Position numbers and translations under genes: made by a program
Part shown: positions 24,701-49,166 of the stretch, in pieces
Layout: each line of letters starts with the position of its first letter
How positions within the stretch are numbered: the first letter of the stretch is position 1
Notes under the pieces: model-generated
The model's input: only the letters and a program-made list of their open reading frames with translations
Database searches by the model: none
Told to the model about the DNA's origin: nothing
Assembly (NCBI GenBank): GCA_964035545.1
Contig: OZ037767.1
Location: 17,481,781 to 17,545,780, forward strand
Direction: 5' to 3'
From: Bugula neritina
Taxonomy: Eukaryota; Animalia; Bryozoa
DNA length: 64,000 nt

Positions 24701-27602
24701 TGAGTTAGTATACTCAGTATTATATAGTATGAGTTAGTATACTCAGTATTATATAGTATGAGTTAGTATACTCAGTATTATACAGTATCAGTTAGTATAC
24801 TCAGTATTATACAGTATGAGTTAGTATACTCAGTATTATATAGTATGAGTTAGTATACTCAGTATTATATAGTATGAGTTAGTATACTCAGTATTATACA
24901 GTATGAGTTAGTATACTCAGTATTATATAGTATGAGTTAGTATACTCAGTATTATATAGTATGAGTTAGTATACTCAGTATTATATAGTATGAGTTAGTA
25001 TACTCAGTATTATACAGTATGAGTTAGTATACTCAGTATTATATAGTATGAGTTAGTATACTCAGTATTATATAGTATGAGTTAGTATACTCAGTATTAT
25101 ATAGTATAAGTTGGTATACTCAGTATTATATAGTATGAGTTAGTATACTCAGTATTACATAGTATGAGTTAGTATACTCAGTATTATATAGTATGAGTTA
25201 GTATACTCAGTATTATATAGTATGAGTTAGTATACTCAGTATTATATAGTATGAGTTAGTATACTCAGTATTATATAGTATGAGTTAGTATATATTATAT
25301 AGTATGAGTTAGTATACTCAGTATTGTATAGTATGAGTTAGTATACTCAGTATTATATAGTTTGAGTTAGTATACTCAGTATTGTATAGTATGAGTTAGT
25401 ATACTCAGTATTATACAGTATGAGTTAGTATGCTCAGTATTATATAGTATGAGTTAGTATACTCAGTATGATATAGTATGAGTTAGTGTACTCAGTACTA
25501 TATAGTATGAGTTAGTATACTCAGTATTATATAGTATGAGTTAGTATACTCAGTATTATATAGTATGAGTTAGTATACTCAGTATTATATAGTATGAGTT
25601 AGTATACTCAGTATTATATAGTATGAGTTAGTATACTCAGTATTATACAGTATGAGTTAGTATACTCAGTATTATATAGTATGAGTTAGTATACTCAGTA
25701 TTATATAGTATGAGTTAGTATACTCAGTATTATATAGTATGAGTTAGTATACTCAGTATTATACAGTATCAGTTAGTATACTCAGTATTATACAGTATGA
25801 GTTAGTATACTCAGTATTATATAGTATGAGTTAGTATACTCAGTATTATATAGTATGAGTTAGTATACTCAGTATTATATAGTATGAGTTAGTATACTCA
25901 GTATTATATAGTATGAGTTAGCATACTCAGTATTATACAGTATGAGTTGGTATACTCAGTATTATATAGTATGAGTTAGTATACTCAGTATTATATAGTA
26001 TGAGTTAGTATACTCAGTATTATATAGTATGAGTTAGTATACTCAGTATTGTATAGTATGAGTTAGTATACTCAGTATTATACAGTATGAGTTAGTATAC
26101 TCAGTATTACATAGTATGAGTTAGTATACTCAGTATTATATAGTATGAGTTAGTATACTCAGTATTATATAGTATGAGTTAGTATACTCAGTATTATATA
26201 GTATGAGTTAGTATACTCAGTATTATATAGTATGAGTTAGTATACTCAGTATTATACGGTATGAGTTAGTATACTCAGTATTATATAGTATAAGTTAGTA
26301 TACTCAGTATTATATAGTATGAGTTAGTATACTCAGTATTATACAGTATGAGTTAGTATACTCAGTATTATATAGTATGAGTTAGTATATATTATATAGT
26401 ATGAGTTAGTATACTCAGTATGATATAGTATGAGTTAGTGTACTCAGTACTATATAGTATGAGTTAGTATACTCAGTATTATATAGTATGAGTTAGTATA
26501 CTCAGTATTATATAGTATGAGTTAGTATACTCAGTATTATATAGTATGAGTTAGTATACTCAGTATTGTATAGTATGAGTTAGTATACTCAGTATTATAC
26601 AGTATGAGTTAGTATACTCAGTATTATATAGTATGAGTTGGTATACTCAGTATTATATAGTATGAGTTAGTATACTCAGTATTATATAGTATGAGTTAGT
26701 ATACTCAGTATTATATAGTATGAGTTAGTATACTCAGTATTATACAGTATGAGTTAGTATACTCAGTATTATATAGTATGAGTTAGTATATATTATATAG
26801 TATGAGTTAGTATACTCAGTATGATATAGTATGAGTTAGTGTACTCAGTATTATATAGTATGAGTTAGTATACTCAGTATTATATAGTATGAGTTAGTAT
26901 ACTCAGTATTATATAGTATGAGTTAGTATACTCAGTATTATATAGTATGAGTTAGTATACTCAGTATTGTATAGTATGAGTTAGTATACTCAGTATTATA
27001 CAGTATGAGTTAGTATACTCAGTATTATATAGTATGAGTTGGTATACTCAGTATTATATAGTATGAGTTAGTATACTCAGTATTATATAGTATGAGTTAG
27101 TATACTCAGTATTATATAGTATGAGTTAGTATACTCTGTATTATATAGTATGAGTTAGTATACTCAGTATTATATAGTATGAGTTAGTATACTCAGTATT
27201 ATATAGTATGAGTTAGTATACTCAGCATTATATAGTATGGGTTAGTGTACTTAGTATTATATAGTATGAGTTAGTATACTCAGTATTATATAGTATGAGT
27301 TAGTATACTCAGTATGATTCACTGTGTTGCAGCACCAATACAAGTACCTCCACCGAATTCTGTGGGATTTCATCAACATAAAGTTAGAGGACAAAGTGCT
27401 GGTTGGCGAGGATACGTATGTCAAGGTCAAGGGCAAATCTAACCATCCCACTGCGGCGGACTTCCTGTTGAGTGGCGGCAATAGAAGTGCTCGTCGGTTT
27501 CACACGTCTGCAAGTCTAGAGTCGTACGACGAGAGTGAGGAGCAGTCAGCTGAGCAGACAGATTTAGGGGAGATAACTCACAGTTATAATACTTACACAT
27601 AG
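3784..27602 (+). CDS. Receptor-type tyrosine-protein phosphatase-like gene A (signal peptide, 2 EGF-like, Thr-rich stalk, ~8 FN3, TM, PTP D1+D2; R2B kappa/mu-like features), multi-exon
   Basis: Approximate exons: 3784-3853 (MKVLFAVLCFLFCFSKFLAQDTQ), 5173-5280, 6022-6159 (EGF-like), 6605-6725, 6880-7056, 7194-7465 (Thr-rich), 7549-7660, 7785-8008, 8434-8545, 8835-9007, 9588-9757, 10149-10283, 10631-10768, 15114-15266, 15395-15606, 15695-15871, 15987-16124, 16311-16480, 16562-16738 (furin-type RKRR), 17320-17538 (TM WVVAIVMISVGVLAVFILLIWCIY), 17654-17812, 19144-19349, 19488-19630 (DYINA, FWQMIYEQ), 19961-20136 (KCVQYWP), 20397-20536, 20624-20763, 21627-21738, 21875-21992, 22115-22247, 22326-22489, 22645-22837, 23332-23547, 27333-27602 (stop). 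AATAAA at 28430. Confidence 0.9.
6160..6560. repeat. Intronic minisatellite (16-18 bp, tgtcagatgtgtgtcacct) starting at an exon donor
   Basis: Begins at the donor tgtcagatat|gtaagtgtcac and resembles it; source of the Cys-rich spurious ORFs. Confidence 0.92.
8040..8385. repeat. 14-bp intronic minisatellite (gtgagtagtacaca)n
   Basis: ~24 direct copies, each containing GTGAGT. Confidence 0.95.
9038..9560. repeat. 22-bp intronic minisatellite (ctgtacgtctgctactcagtaa)n
   Basis: ~23 direct copies. Confidence 0.95.
9960..10130. repeat. Degenerate ~16-bp repeat (gtgtgtcaaggtcaca)
   Basis: ~10 diverged copies just before the acceptor at 10148. Confidence 0.8.
11401..11460 (+). promoter_or_regulatory. 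Two CCAAT boxes upstream of the nested BED/hAT gene
   Basis: agccaatcgg at 11401 and agccaatcga at 11453, roughly 140-190 bp upstream of ATG 11595. Confidence 0.45.
11595..14600 (+). CDS. Zinc finger BED domain / hAT transposase-derived protein (ZBED-like, ~715 aa), two exons, nested in an intron of gene A
   Basis: Exon 1 11595-12339 (BED finger CKIC...SNFICHVRRAHP; donor G|gtgag) joins exon 2 13198-14600 (acceptor tttacag) in frame, giving FLAAYSLPISVVETSQFRNLV. Further hAT motifs: ATSLDPRFK and the C-terminal dimerization domain (DVLTYWQQNQQHLPTLSALAQGYLAIPTSS). AATAAA at 14709. Confidence 0.88.
12385..13185. repeat. AT-rich ~27-30 bp minisatellite filling the intron of the nested ZBED-like gene
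   Basis: Unit atatgctttatactagtaatatatattatt; explains the hydrophobic tail of ORF 11595..12893. Confidence 0.93.
16134..16280. repeat. ~29-bp intronic tandem repeat (ctctagacatcagtgtagtgtgacatat)
   Basis: 5 copies right after the donor at 16125. Confidence 0.9.
16755..17290. repeat. 13/15-bp intronic minisatellite (ctcagtctatact[ct])n
   Basis: Direct tandem array in all three frames of the spurious ORFs 16608-17563. Confidence 0.95.
17815..19125. repeat. 21-bp intronic minisatellite (tatcacctagtaatactactc)n
   Basis: ~60 copies starting just after the donor AAAG|gtaat at 17813. Confidence 0.95.
19325..19414 (+). repeat. 29-bp triplication of exon end plus splice donor
   Basis: gtcgtgattggtcagtctcctctag|gtga x3; the paralog has ~4 copies at 39540-39660. 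Confidence 0.92.
20836..21555. repeat. 15-bp intronic minisatellite (tcacattactcact[g/a])n
   Basis: ~47 copies. Confidence 0.95.
22870..23302. repeat. 18-bp intronic minisatellite (gtgagtcatagtagtaga)n
   Basis: ~24 copies, each with GTGAGT. Confidence 0.95.
23593..23630. repeat. Perfect 38-bp palindrome
   Basis: gagggtcatctactgagtatactcagtagatgaccctc equals its own reverse complement. Confidence 0.97.
23645..27315. repeat. 3.7-kb 29-bp satellite in the last intron of gene A
   Basis: Unit tatactcagtattatatagtatgagttag, ~125 copies. Confidence 0.97.
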
Positions 27603-28489
27603 TTATATACTCTATGCAACACTCAATGTGGTTGTTCTCGACTCTTAGATATTTCATATGATACGAAGATCTTTGTATTCTTGCTAAGATCTTGAGTAAT
27701 TGCTCTCTTCAACGATGCTTGCTTTGTGATATGTCAACATCTTTAAAAACTCCTGCTTAGAGGTCTAGTTGGGTTACAAACAGCCAATAATTGGTCAAGT
27801 AGCTGAAACAACTTTCATGAGTTACAGAGAAGACAACTCTATATGCTATAGTATAATAGGAGAGACAACTCTAATTAACATGCACTATCTAGCTATGTAA
27901 TGATATTCTATTTGGTATCATCTTCCACTGTCCTGTATCGGCTACAAGGACTATTTATATGAGAATTTGATAAAACTCTTTTAAATGTCTTCGTCGTTGA
28001 ACAAAATCAAAATAATTACACATCTTATGAGTTATCTTTCCTTCTGTCTTTGTTGAGTTACTTCCGCATAATTCCAAGTATTTAATTTTTCCGATTAGTA
28101 GCTCATGTTTTATGAGCATAATATTTACATGTGATATTACAACTCGGTGTCTTCTACTCACAGTATAGCGTTGTGTTGGTATATATACCTTCTCTCTCCA
28201 GCATTTCATCCTCTCTGTACAAGTCTACAGTACTCCATATTCCACTCTACAAATACTCTTCATATGGCTTATGGCTTTTGTGTTACACGTTTATTTTTGT
28301 TTATTTTATATTTAGCAGGAGTTGCTTTTGTATTGATGTTACAAATTTAGAACTTTTTACCCGTTTCCTGTTTATTGCATAATGTGATATATTGGCATCA
28401 TCGGTTTTCTGTTACTTCATCTTTTTAGAAATAAACATTTCTTAACCATATGCTAGCATCATGTTTTATTAAGTTATATCAACAGTTGT

Positions 28490-28978
28490 GGCCAGTAGAC
28501 CAAGGTGTAGCCAGTGTTCTAAGTTGTAGCCAGTGGACCAAGGTGTAGCCAGTGGACCAAGGTGTAGCCAGTGTTCTAAGGGGTAGCCAGTGTTCTAAGG
28601 TGTAGCCAGTGTTCTAAGGTATAGCCAGTGGACCAAGGTGTAGCCAGTGTTCTAAGGTGTAGCCAGTGTTCTAAGGTGTAGCCAGTGTTCTAAGGTGTAG
28701 CCAGTGATCTAAGGTGTAGCCAGTGGACCAAGGTGTAGCCAGTGTTCTAAGGGGTAGCCAGTGTTCTAAGGTGTAGCCAGTGTTCTAAGGTGTAGCCAGT
28801 GGACCAAGGTGTAGCCAGTGTTCTAAGGGGTAGCCAGTGTTCTAAGGTGTAGCCAGTGATCTAAGGGGTAGCCAGCGATCTAAGGGGTACCCAGTGATCT
28901 AAGGGGTAGCCAGTGATCTAAGGGGTAGCCAGTGTTCTAAGGTGTAGCCAGTGATCTAAGGGGTAGCCAGTGTTCCAA
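28490..28978. repeat. 19-bp intergenic minisatellite (ggtgtagccagtgttctaa / gtggaccaa variants)
   Basis: ~25 copies just downstream of the gene A polyA signal. Confidence 0.95.
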
Positions 28979-29303
28979 GAAAACTATAAAACTTTCAGGC
29001 AGCTGATAACCAAAATACTAAGAACAGACACTAAAGTAAGGCTGAATTCGACAGCATAATGCATGCATGACTCGCCTCCCCATTGCTTGCTATTTTCGTT
29101 ATAATATTATACCAAATGCTTTTTCTTAGCCAATTTTGTTGATTGCTGTATAAAGCTAACAGCTATATTCTGTATTCAAGTAAAGCACTGTTTCATGGAA
29201 TTCAGCTCATTTATGTATATTGGAATAAAAGTACAGAAGACGTTACATATTTTCCTCTAATATTTTTCAACTTGTTTAGCTTGCTATTCTGGCAAATGAG
29301 AAA

Positions 29304-30306
29304 TATGGTGAGTGGGCAATATGGTAAGTGGGCAGTATGGTGAGTGGGCAATATGGTGAGTGGGCAATATGGTAAGTGGGCAATGTGGTGAGTGGGCAGT
29401 GTGGTGAGTGGGCGATGTGGTGAGTGGGCAATATGGTGAGTGGGCAATGTGGTGAGTGGGCAGTATGGTGAGTGGGCAGTATGGTGAGTGGGCAATATGG
29501 TAAGTGGGCAATGTGGTGAGTGGGCAATATGGTGAGTGGGCAGTATGGTGAGTGGGCAATATGGTAAGTGGGCAGTGTGGTAAGTGGGCGATGTGGTGAG
29601 TGGGCAGTGTGGTGAGTGGGCGATGTGGTGAGTGGGCAATATGGTGAGTGGGCAATGTGGTGAGTGGCAGTGTGGTGAGTGGCAGTGTGGTAAGTGGGCA
29701 ATGTGGTGAGTGGGCAGTGTGGTGAGTGGGCGATGTGGTGAGTGGGCAATATGGTGAGTGGGCAATGTGGTGAGTGGGCGATGTGGTAAGTGGGCAGTGT
29801 GGTAAGTGGGCGATTTGGTGAGTGGGCGATGTGGTGAGTGGGCAATATGGTGAGTGGGCAGTATGGTGAGTGGGCAATATGGTAAGTGGGCAGTGTGGTA
29901 AGTGGGCGATGTGGTGAGTGGGCAGTGTGGTGAGTGGGCAGTATGGTGAGTGGGCAGTATGGTGAGTGGGCAGTGTGGTAAGTGGGCAGTGTGGTGAGTG
30001 GGCAGTGTGGTGAGTGGGCGATGTGGTGAGTGGGCAATGTGGTGAGTGGCAGTGTGGTGAGTGGCAGTGTGGTAAGTGGGCGATTTGGTAAGTGGGCGAT
30101 TTGGTGAGTGGGCGATGTGGTGAGTGGGCGATGTGGTGAGTGGGCGAAGTGGGCAGTGTGGTAAGTGGGCGATTTGGTGAGTGGGCGATGTGGTGAGTGG
30201 GCAATATGGTGAGTGGGCAATATGGTAAGTGGGTGATGTGGTGAGTGGGCAATGTGGTGAGTGGGCAATATGGTGAGTGGGCGATATGGTGAGTGGGCAA
30301 TATGGT
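29304..30306. repeat. 15-bp G-rich intergenic minisatellite (tggtgagtgggcaat[a/g])n
   Basis: ~65 copies containing GGTGAGT or GGTAAGT. Confidence 0.95.
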
Positions 30307-30841
30307 AGGTGTGTTCACTGCATTTGTATATAATTTATCTTTACCTGCTTATTTGCTAAGAAGATATCATTGAACTTTTTCTCTTCCGTTCGTTCCAATC
30401 ATATATTCCGTGCAAATTTCTTAAATAGCTTTGTTTGATTTTGTTATCTGGCGGTGATAAACATAATTATATGATACTGTACCTGACCACACTACACACA
30501 CACACTGCACTACACACATCACTACACACACTGCACTATACACACACCACTACACACACTACACTACACACACTACACACACTACACTACGCACACTGCA
30601 CTACACACACTGTACTACATATGGTTATACCACATGGGTAAGTGATTCCAATATATTTCTATTCAGAGATGTTTAAAGCTAAATAAAATATTAATATAAG
30701 TTTCCAACCATTTCTTTGCAGACTTCACGCTGTTTTGCTTATCTACAACTTAAACTACTTTTACAGGTAAAAGTATTTACTGCAGCCTTGGATACAAGAA
30801 TTGAAAGCCTGTGCTCCCCGGGTTGTGTTGTCTAAGAAGTC

Positions 30842-44678
<13,837 letters not shown>

Positions 44679-45159
44679 CAGCACTTAGTTCAGCGATATC
44701 TTACAGGACATGGGATATGCTAATGCATATCTTACAGGGCTTTCTATTGGTCTATTTTATATAATTTAGAATTAGTAGGTAGTTGGGGTTTATTTATTTA
44801 CATTTTGTATAGATTAGGAAATATCCACATAAGTTATATAAATACAATATATAGTATAATACAATTATACAATTAGATACGTAGATACAGCTTCATACGA
44901 CTTGCATTATTTATAAAATGATCTGTCATAATTTTATATTGATAACACAAATAAATGGCGTATAGATTAGCTACCTAATATATTTCTGACCGACAACTGA
45001 GAAACTCGTGTTGATGCTGTTCATACAGGATGTGAAGCAATCTTTTAGTGAATATAAAATAAATGTTTCATACTAGCAGCACTGTAGCACCACACTATGC
45101 ATGGTAACACACAGTCAACACGAGGTTGCTGAAGGAAAGAGTTGGTAAACTGTAGAGTC

Positions 45160-47472
45160 TCAGAGAGTAGACTGTGACACCAGTTGTTCTGTCGTCACAT
45201 GCACCGTCTGTGGACACCACTTCGAGTCGGAAGTAAAAGGGTCCGGCGTAGTGATACACACATCTTCAGAGAGAGGTTGCATAGGGATAGTGAGACTGAG
45301 TGAGTGTAACATCATCCTGTGTGGTCTAACGTCTGCTCGGTTGGAGTAGGTGTAGTCTCCAACTATGGTGTGCCCTGTGACATAGACATCTAGATAATAG
45401 AGTGTGATGTGACATAGACATCTAGATAGTAGTGTGATGTGACATAGACATCTAGATACTAGAGTTTGATGTGACATAGACATCTAGATAGTAGTGTGAT
45501 GTGACATAGACATATAGATACTAGAGTTTGATGTGACATAGACATCTAGATAGTAGTGTGATGTGACATATATTTACAATGATATCCAACACTGACCTAT
45601 ATATTTACAAAGACCTCCAACACTGACCTATATATTTACAATGACCTCCAACACTGACCTATAGATATATATACAAAGACCTCCAAGACTGACCTATATA
45701 TTTACAATGATCTCCAACACTGACCTATATATTTACAATGAACTCTCAGCTGATGACTTCTCCCAGTGTGAGGAACTAGTAGCAACTTGCTGGCCTTTTC
45801 GTCGTCATAATAACCAGTTTCTAGTAAGTAAACCTGAGTTAAGGCAGACAGCACCTTGTCTGAGCTGTCAGCTGGTGGCACCTTGTCTGAGCTGTCACCT
45901 TGCAGCACCTTGTCTGAGCTGTCACCTTGTAGCACCTTGTCTGAGCTGTCACCTTGTAGCACCTTGTCTGAGCTGTCAGCTTGTAGCACCTTGTCTGAGC
46001 TGTCAGCTTGTAGCACCTTGTCTGAGCTGTCAGCTTGTAGCACCTTGTCTGAGCTGTCAGCTTGTAGCACCTTGTCTGAGCTGTCAGCTTGCAGCACCTT
46101 GTCTGAGCTGTCAGCTTGCAGCACCTTGTCTGAGCTGTCAGCTTGCAGCACAGTATTGACATCACGACATGGTGTGGTGGTAAACAAGAAAGGAAAGTCA
46201 GTTGTTCTGTCTCTCACCAAATCTAGAATTACAAAACACGGAGGTTACTAAACTGTTTATTAAAGAAGAGCGACACAATATTGTTGAGTCATGAATGAGT
46301 CATGAATGAGTCATGAATGAGTCATGAATGAGTCATGAATGAGTCATGGGAGCAATGAATCACCGCGTCTGTAGTTTAACCCTTATCTATAGACAAGCTA
46401 TTGTAAAGCAGGACGTGCAACAGCAACTCTTACTCACTGACATGTACGTCTAGGCACGATCTGCTGACACTTCCGACACACATGCTGACACCTTGGTCAC
46501 CATGTCGCTGCAATATCCTCTCAAAGTCCACATGACCTCTCACTAAGGCGACGTAACACTTCTTCACTCTCCTTTGTTCAAAAGCTCTCTGAGCTACTCG
46601 TGCAGCCTGCTTGGTCAACCCTGAGGAACACAACCCGTATTATCAGTAAAACGACCTTGACCTGATGAGTTGTACACACTGAGTTGATATCTGCTAACCT
46701 ACACAGAGGACTCCGCTGGTGGCGTAGTCTAGTCTGTGAACCCAGTAGTAACTGTGTCGGAGATGTTTGGGACTGTCTGCATCTCTGCATCTGACGCCCC
46801 TACCAAGTAATAGCGTTTAGTATCAGCAGAATGTATATCATTCGGCATGGTTTTCTACTACAAACCCTACAGAAATATTAGTTTATATTTATCTCACATT
46901 TATAAGTAAAATATTATCATTTGCTGTAAAGTTTCATTGATATTCAAGTATTTGTACAACAAGCTGACTTCACAAACCAGTTAAATAACAAGTAATAATT
47001 AATTAACATGCTAAGGAACTGGTTTATTAAGGACTACTAACAAAGCATGTCATATTCTCATCATAAAACAGTTTTAGTGGACTGTCTCAATTTCAACATA
47101 CTTCTTATTTTACACAGCATAAAATGAATTGGAAAGCCCCAACAAGAGAGATGATATTCTATTGTAAGAGTATAGTAGGTGAGCTTTGCCACTGTCTTGT
47201 ATAAAAAGTAACGGGAGTTGTTATTTTAAAGATCACTCCTTCTGTTTCTGCAGTCAAAATTTACATAAAGAATACCAAATAATTACAAGTTGTACACATT
47301 TTTCAATTCCTCAAAGCTCAACAAGCTACAACCTCTGTTTGAGAATGGTTTCTATGGTGATTTCAGAGTCCTCATTGCTGTTAATCTTTATATCCGGAGG
47401 TTTATTGACTAGAATGTAATTTTCATCATGTCTCAGAATATCTAACTTCTTCATAACCTGCATAACAGTCAT
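45160..47472 (-). CDS. RPUSD1: RNA pseudouridylate synthase domain-containing protein 1 (RluA family)
   Basis: Minus-strand exons: 47472-47333 (MTVMQVMKKLDILRHDENYILVNKPPD), 46799-~46699 (catalytic VHRLDYATSG), ~46621-46436 (VKKCYVALVRG), ~46223-45726 (HTGRSHQLRVHCKYIG), ~45374-45160 (GHTIVGDYTY...RMMLHS...TPDPF..W). Confidence 0.88.
45378..45740. repeat. Two intronic tandem arrays in RPUSD1: one abutting the acceptor, one copying exon end plus donor
   Basis: 45378-45570 (gtgacatagacatctagata...); 45572-45740 (ccaacactgacctatatatttacaa, i.e. minus strand aaatatatag|gtcagtgttgg). Confidence 0.9.
45850..46151 (-). repeat. 27-bp x11 tandem repeat inside an RPUSD1 exon (in-frame QADSSDKVL)
   Basis: Minus unit gctgcaagctgacagctcagacaaggt; open in the RPUSD1 frame and directly followed by SALTQVYLLETG. 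Confidence 0.93.
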
Positions 47473-47827
47473 TTCAATATCAGTTCTGACATGACACTAT
47501 AATCTGTCTTATATAATAACTAGCAGTGAGTATCTATCAGTGAGTAACTATCAGTGAGTAACTATCAGTGAGCAACTAGCAATGAATAACTAACAGTGAT
47601 CCACTAACTTGATGAGTGTGCTACTATAATTAACAACGCTAACAGTCAATATTAGTAGTTGCGGTGAGAAGGCAACTGAGAATAGATTAATATTGAAAGT
47701 AAAACTAGTAGTGCTAAAAAGTTGATCTAGTACTTAATATTATGACATAATATTACTGTTAGACTTGAACATAATTAACATGCATATGCAGCTTAAACTT
47801 AAAGTGAATGATTATTACAAATAATAC

Positions 47828-48180
47828 TGTAGTGAGTAGTGCAAAGTACAAACACGGGAATCGCCCTCTCCCTACTCTTGGAATACTTAGACTCTTATGT
47901 AGCAACCAATTAGCAGCTCCGGAAGATATGCTTCCGATTCACGTGACACTTCCCGGGTTATTAACATTATATCACATTGTTGTAAGCGGAGGCTTGTAGT
48001 AGTAACATGTGTTAGTAGTTGACTCTTGTATAGGATAATTTGATGTGATGTTTGGTTTATGCTTTATTGTGGATAATAAATATAATTACTCGACAGCTAC
48101 CCTAGTAATTGATAACAGAATAACCAGCTAACTATACGCAAGTAAATAACTCACGCTCAGTAATTGCACAAATTACTACA
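47828..48180 (+). repeat. 5' LTR
   Basis: Direct repeat of 52743-53095; contains CCAAT and AATAAA. Confidence 0.97.
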
Positions 48181-48181
48181 G

Positions 48182-48199
48182 TGGTGGCAGCAGTGGGAT
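48182..48199 (+). other. Primer binding site, tRNA-Leu-like
   Basis: TGGTGGCAGCAGTGGGAT one base after the 5' LTR; complementary, with one mismatch, to a recalled tRNA-Leu 3' end (...ATCCCACCGCTGCCACCA). Confidence 0.8.
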
Positions 48200-48215
48200 C
48201 TTGCGTATAGCAGTC

Positions 48216-49166
48216 ATGGCAGAAGACGGCACGGAGCTACCCATTCCACTGAATGAAGGTGAGAGAGATAATGTTGATATACCTGTGGAACCAGTGGTGT
48301 TAGATGAAGAAGTGAGAATTCTTAGAGAGCATGGTGAAGATAGATACCGGCTGAAGGCGCCCACCTTCACCGGCGAAGAAGCAGTGGAGCAGTTCATCCA
48401 AGAATTCCAGGATGTGATGGAGATTGCAGAATGGCCGCCAAGGGTGGCGTTGCTAAAGCTCAGGATGGCGCTGACGGGCAAAGCTAAGCCGTACGGAGCG
48501 GGACCTGACATAGACGGAATCTTTGCTTCCCTGCGGGCCCGTTTTGGCATCTCTCCCATAGATGCGCGGGCCCGTCTACAGAGGATGCGGCGTGATCCTC
48601 ACACGTCACTAGAAGAGCACGCTGCCACGGTATACCCATTAGCGCAGATCGCATTCCGCGATCTGCCTCCGGTACACCGTGAGAGGTACACCTATGATGC
48701 CTTCGTGCAGTCCATCAACGACTTGGGGCTCCACCATCAACTCCAAGCGAGGGGAGTCACCACAGTCGAAGATGCACTTGCGGTGGGAGAAGCCTACCTC
48801 TTGGCGACTCATATGCACCGCAACCGCGTGGCCTCCCGCCAGGTGACCACGGAGCACTCTACTGCTCACACCGAACTAAACGCGGAACCCTCCGCGGTGG
48901 CTAATGTGAACCAGATGTCACTAGCGTCAAAAATCTCACAGATGACTGACATGCTAGATAAACTGGTCACCACATTAGCTTCCCCAAGCCAGGTAGATAC
49001 TGCCCGTGAGCCTTGCGGGCCGCAGGTACAATCAACAGGCATGGGGCACCACTTCTGCTGGGAATGCGGAAGACCAGGACATTTCCAGAGAAACTGCCCT
49101 CAGCTCCCACCAGGGTTAAACTACCCCGGCCCGCAGATGTTCCCACCTCCTGCGGGCCGTCTGTGA
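48216..49166 (+). CDS. gag: Retrotransposon Gag with CCHC zinc knuckle
   Basis: Capsid-like APTFTGEEAVEQFIQEFQDVMEIAEWP; knuckle CWECGRPGHFQRNC; first ATG at 48216. Confidence 0.92.
   Translation: MAEDGTELPIPLNEGERDNVDIPVEPVVLDEEVRILREHGEDRYRLKAPTFTGEEAVEQFIQEFQDVMEIAEWPPRVALLKLRMALTGKAKPYGAGPDIDGIFASLRARFGISPIDARARLQRMRRDPHTSLEEHAATVYPLAQIAFRDLPPVHRERYTYDAFVQSINDLGLHHQLQARGVTTVEDALAVGEAYLLATHMHRNRVASRQVTTEHSTAHTELNAEPSAVANVNQMSLASKISQMTDMLDKLVTTLASPSQVDTAREPCGPQVQSTGMGHHFCWECGRPGHFQRNCPQLPPGLNYPGPQMFPPPAGRL

Noticed and set aside
23645-27315. 29-bp repeat array as a CRISPR array
   Set aside because: Units are contiguous with no unique spacers, there are no cas genes, and it lies in a spliceosomal intron.
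16678-30318. Repetitive ORFs (SQSIL, SHYSL, YYYDSL, THHIAHSP etc.)
   Set aside because: All are translations of minisatellites, open in several frames or strands, inside introns or intergenic DNA.
47808-47999. Duplicated small ORF (also 52582..52914)
   Set aside because: Incidental reading frame through the two LTR copies.
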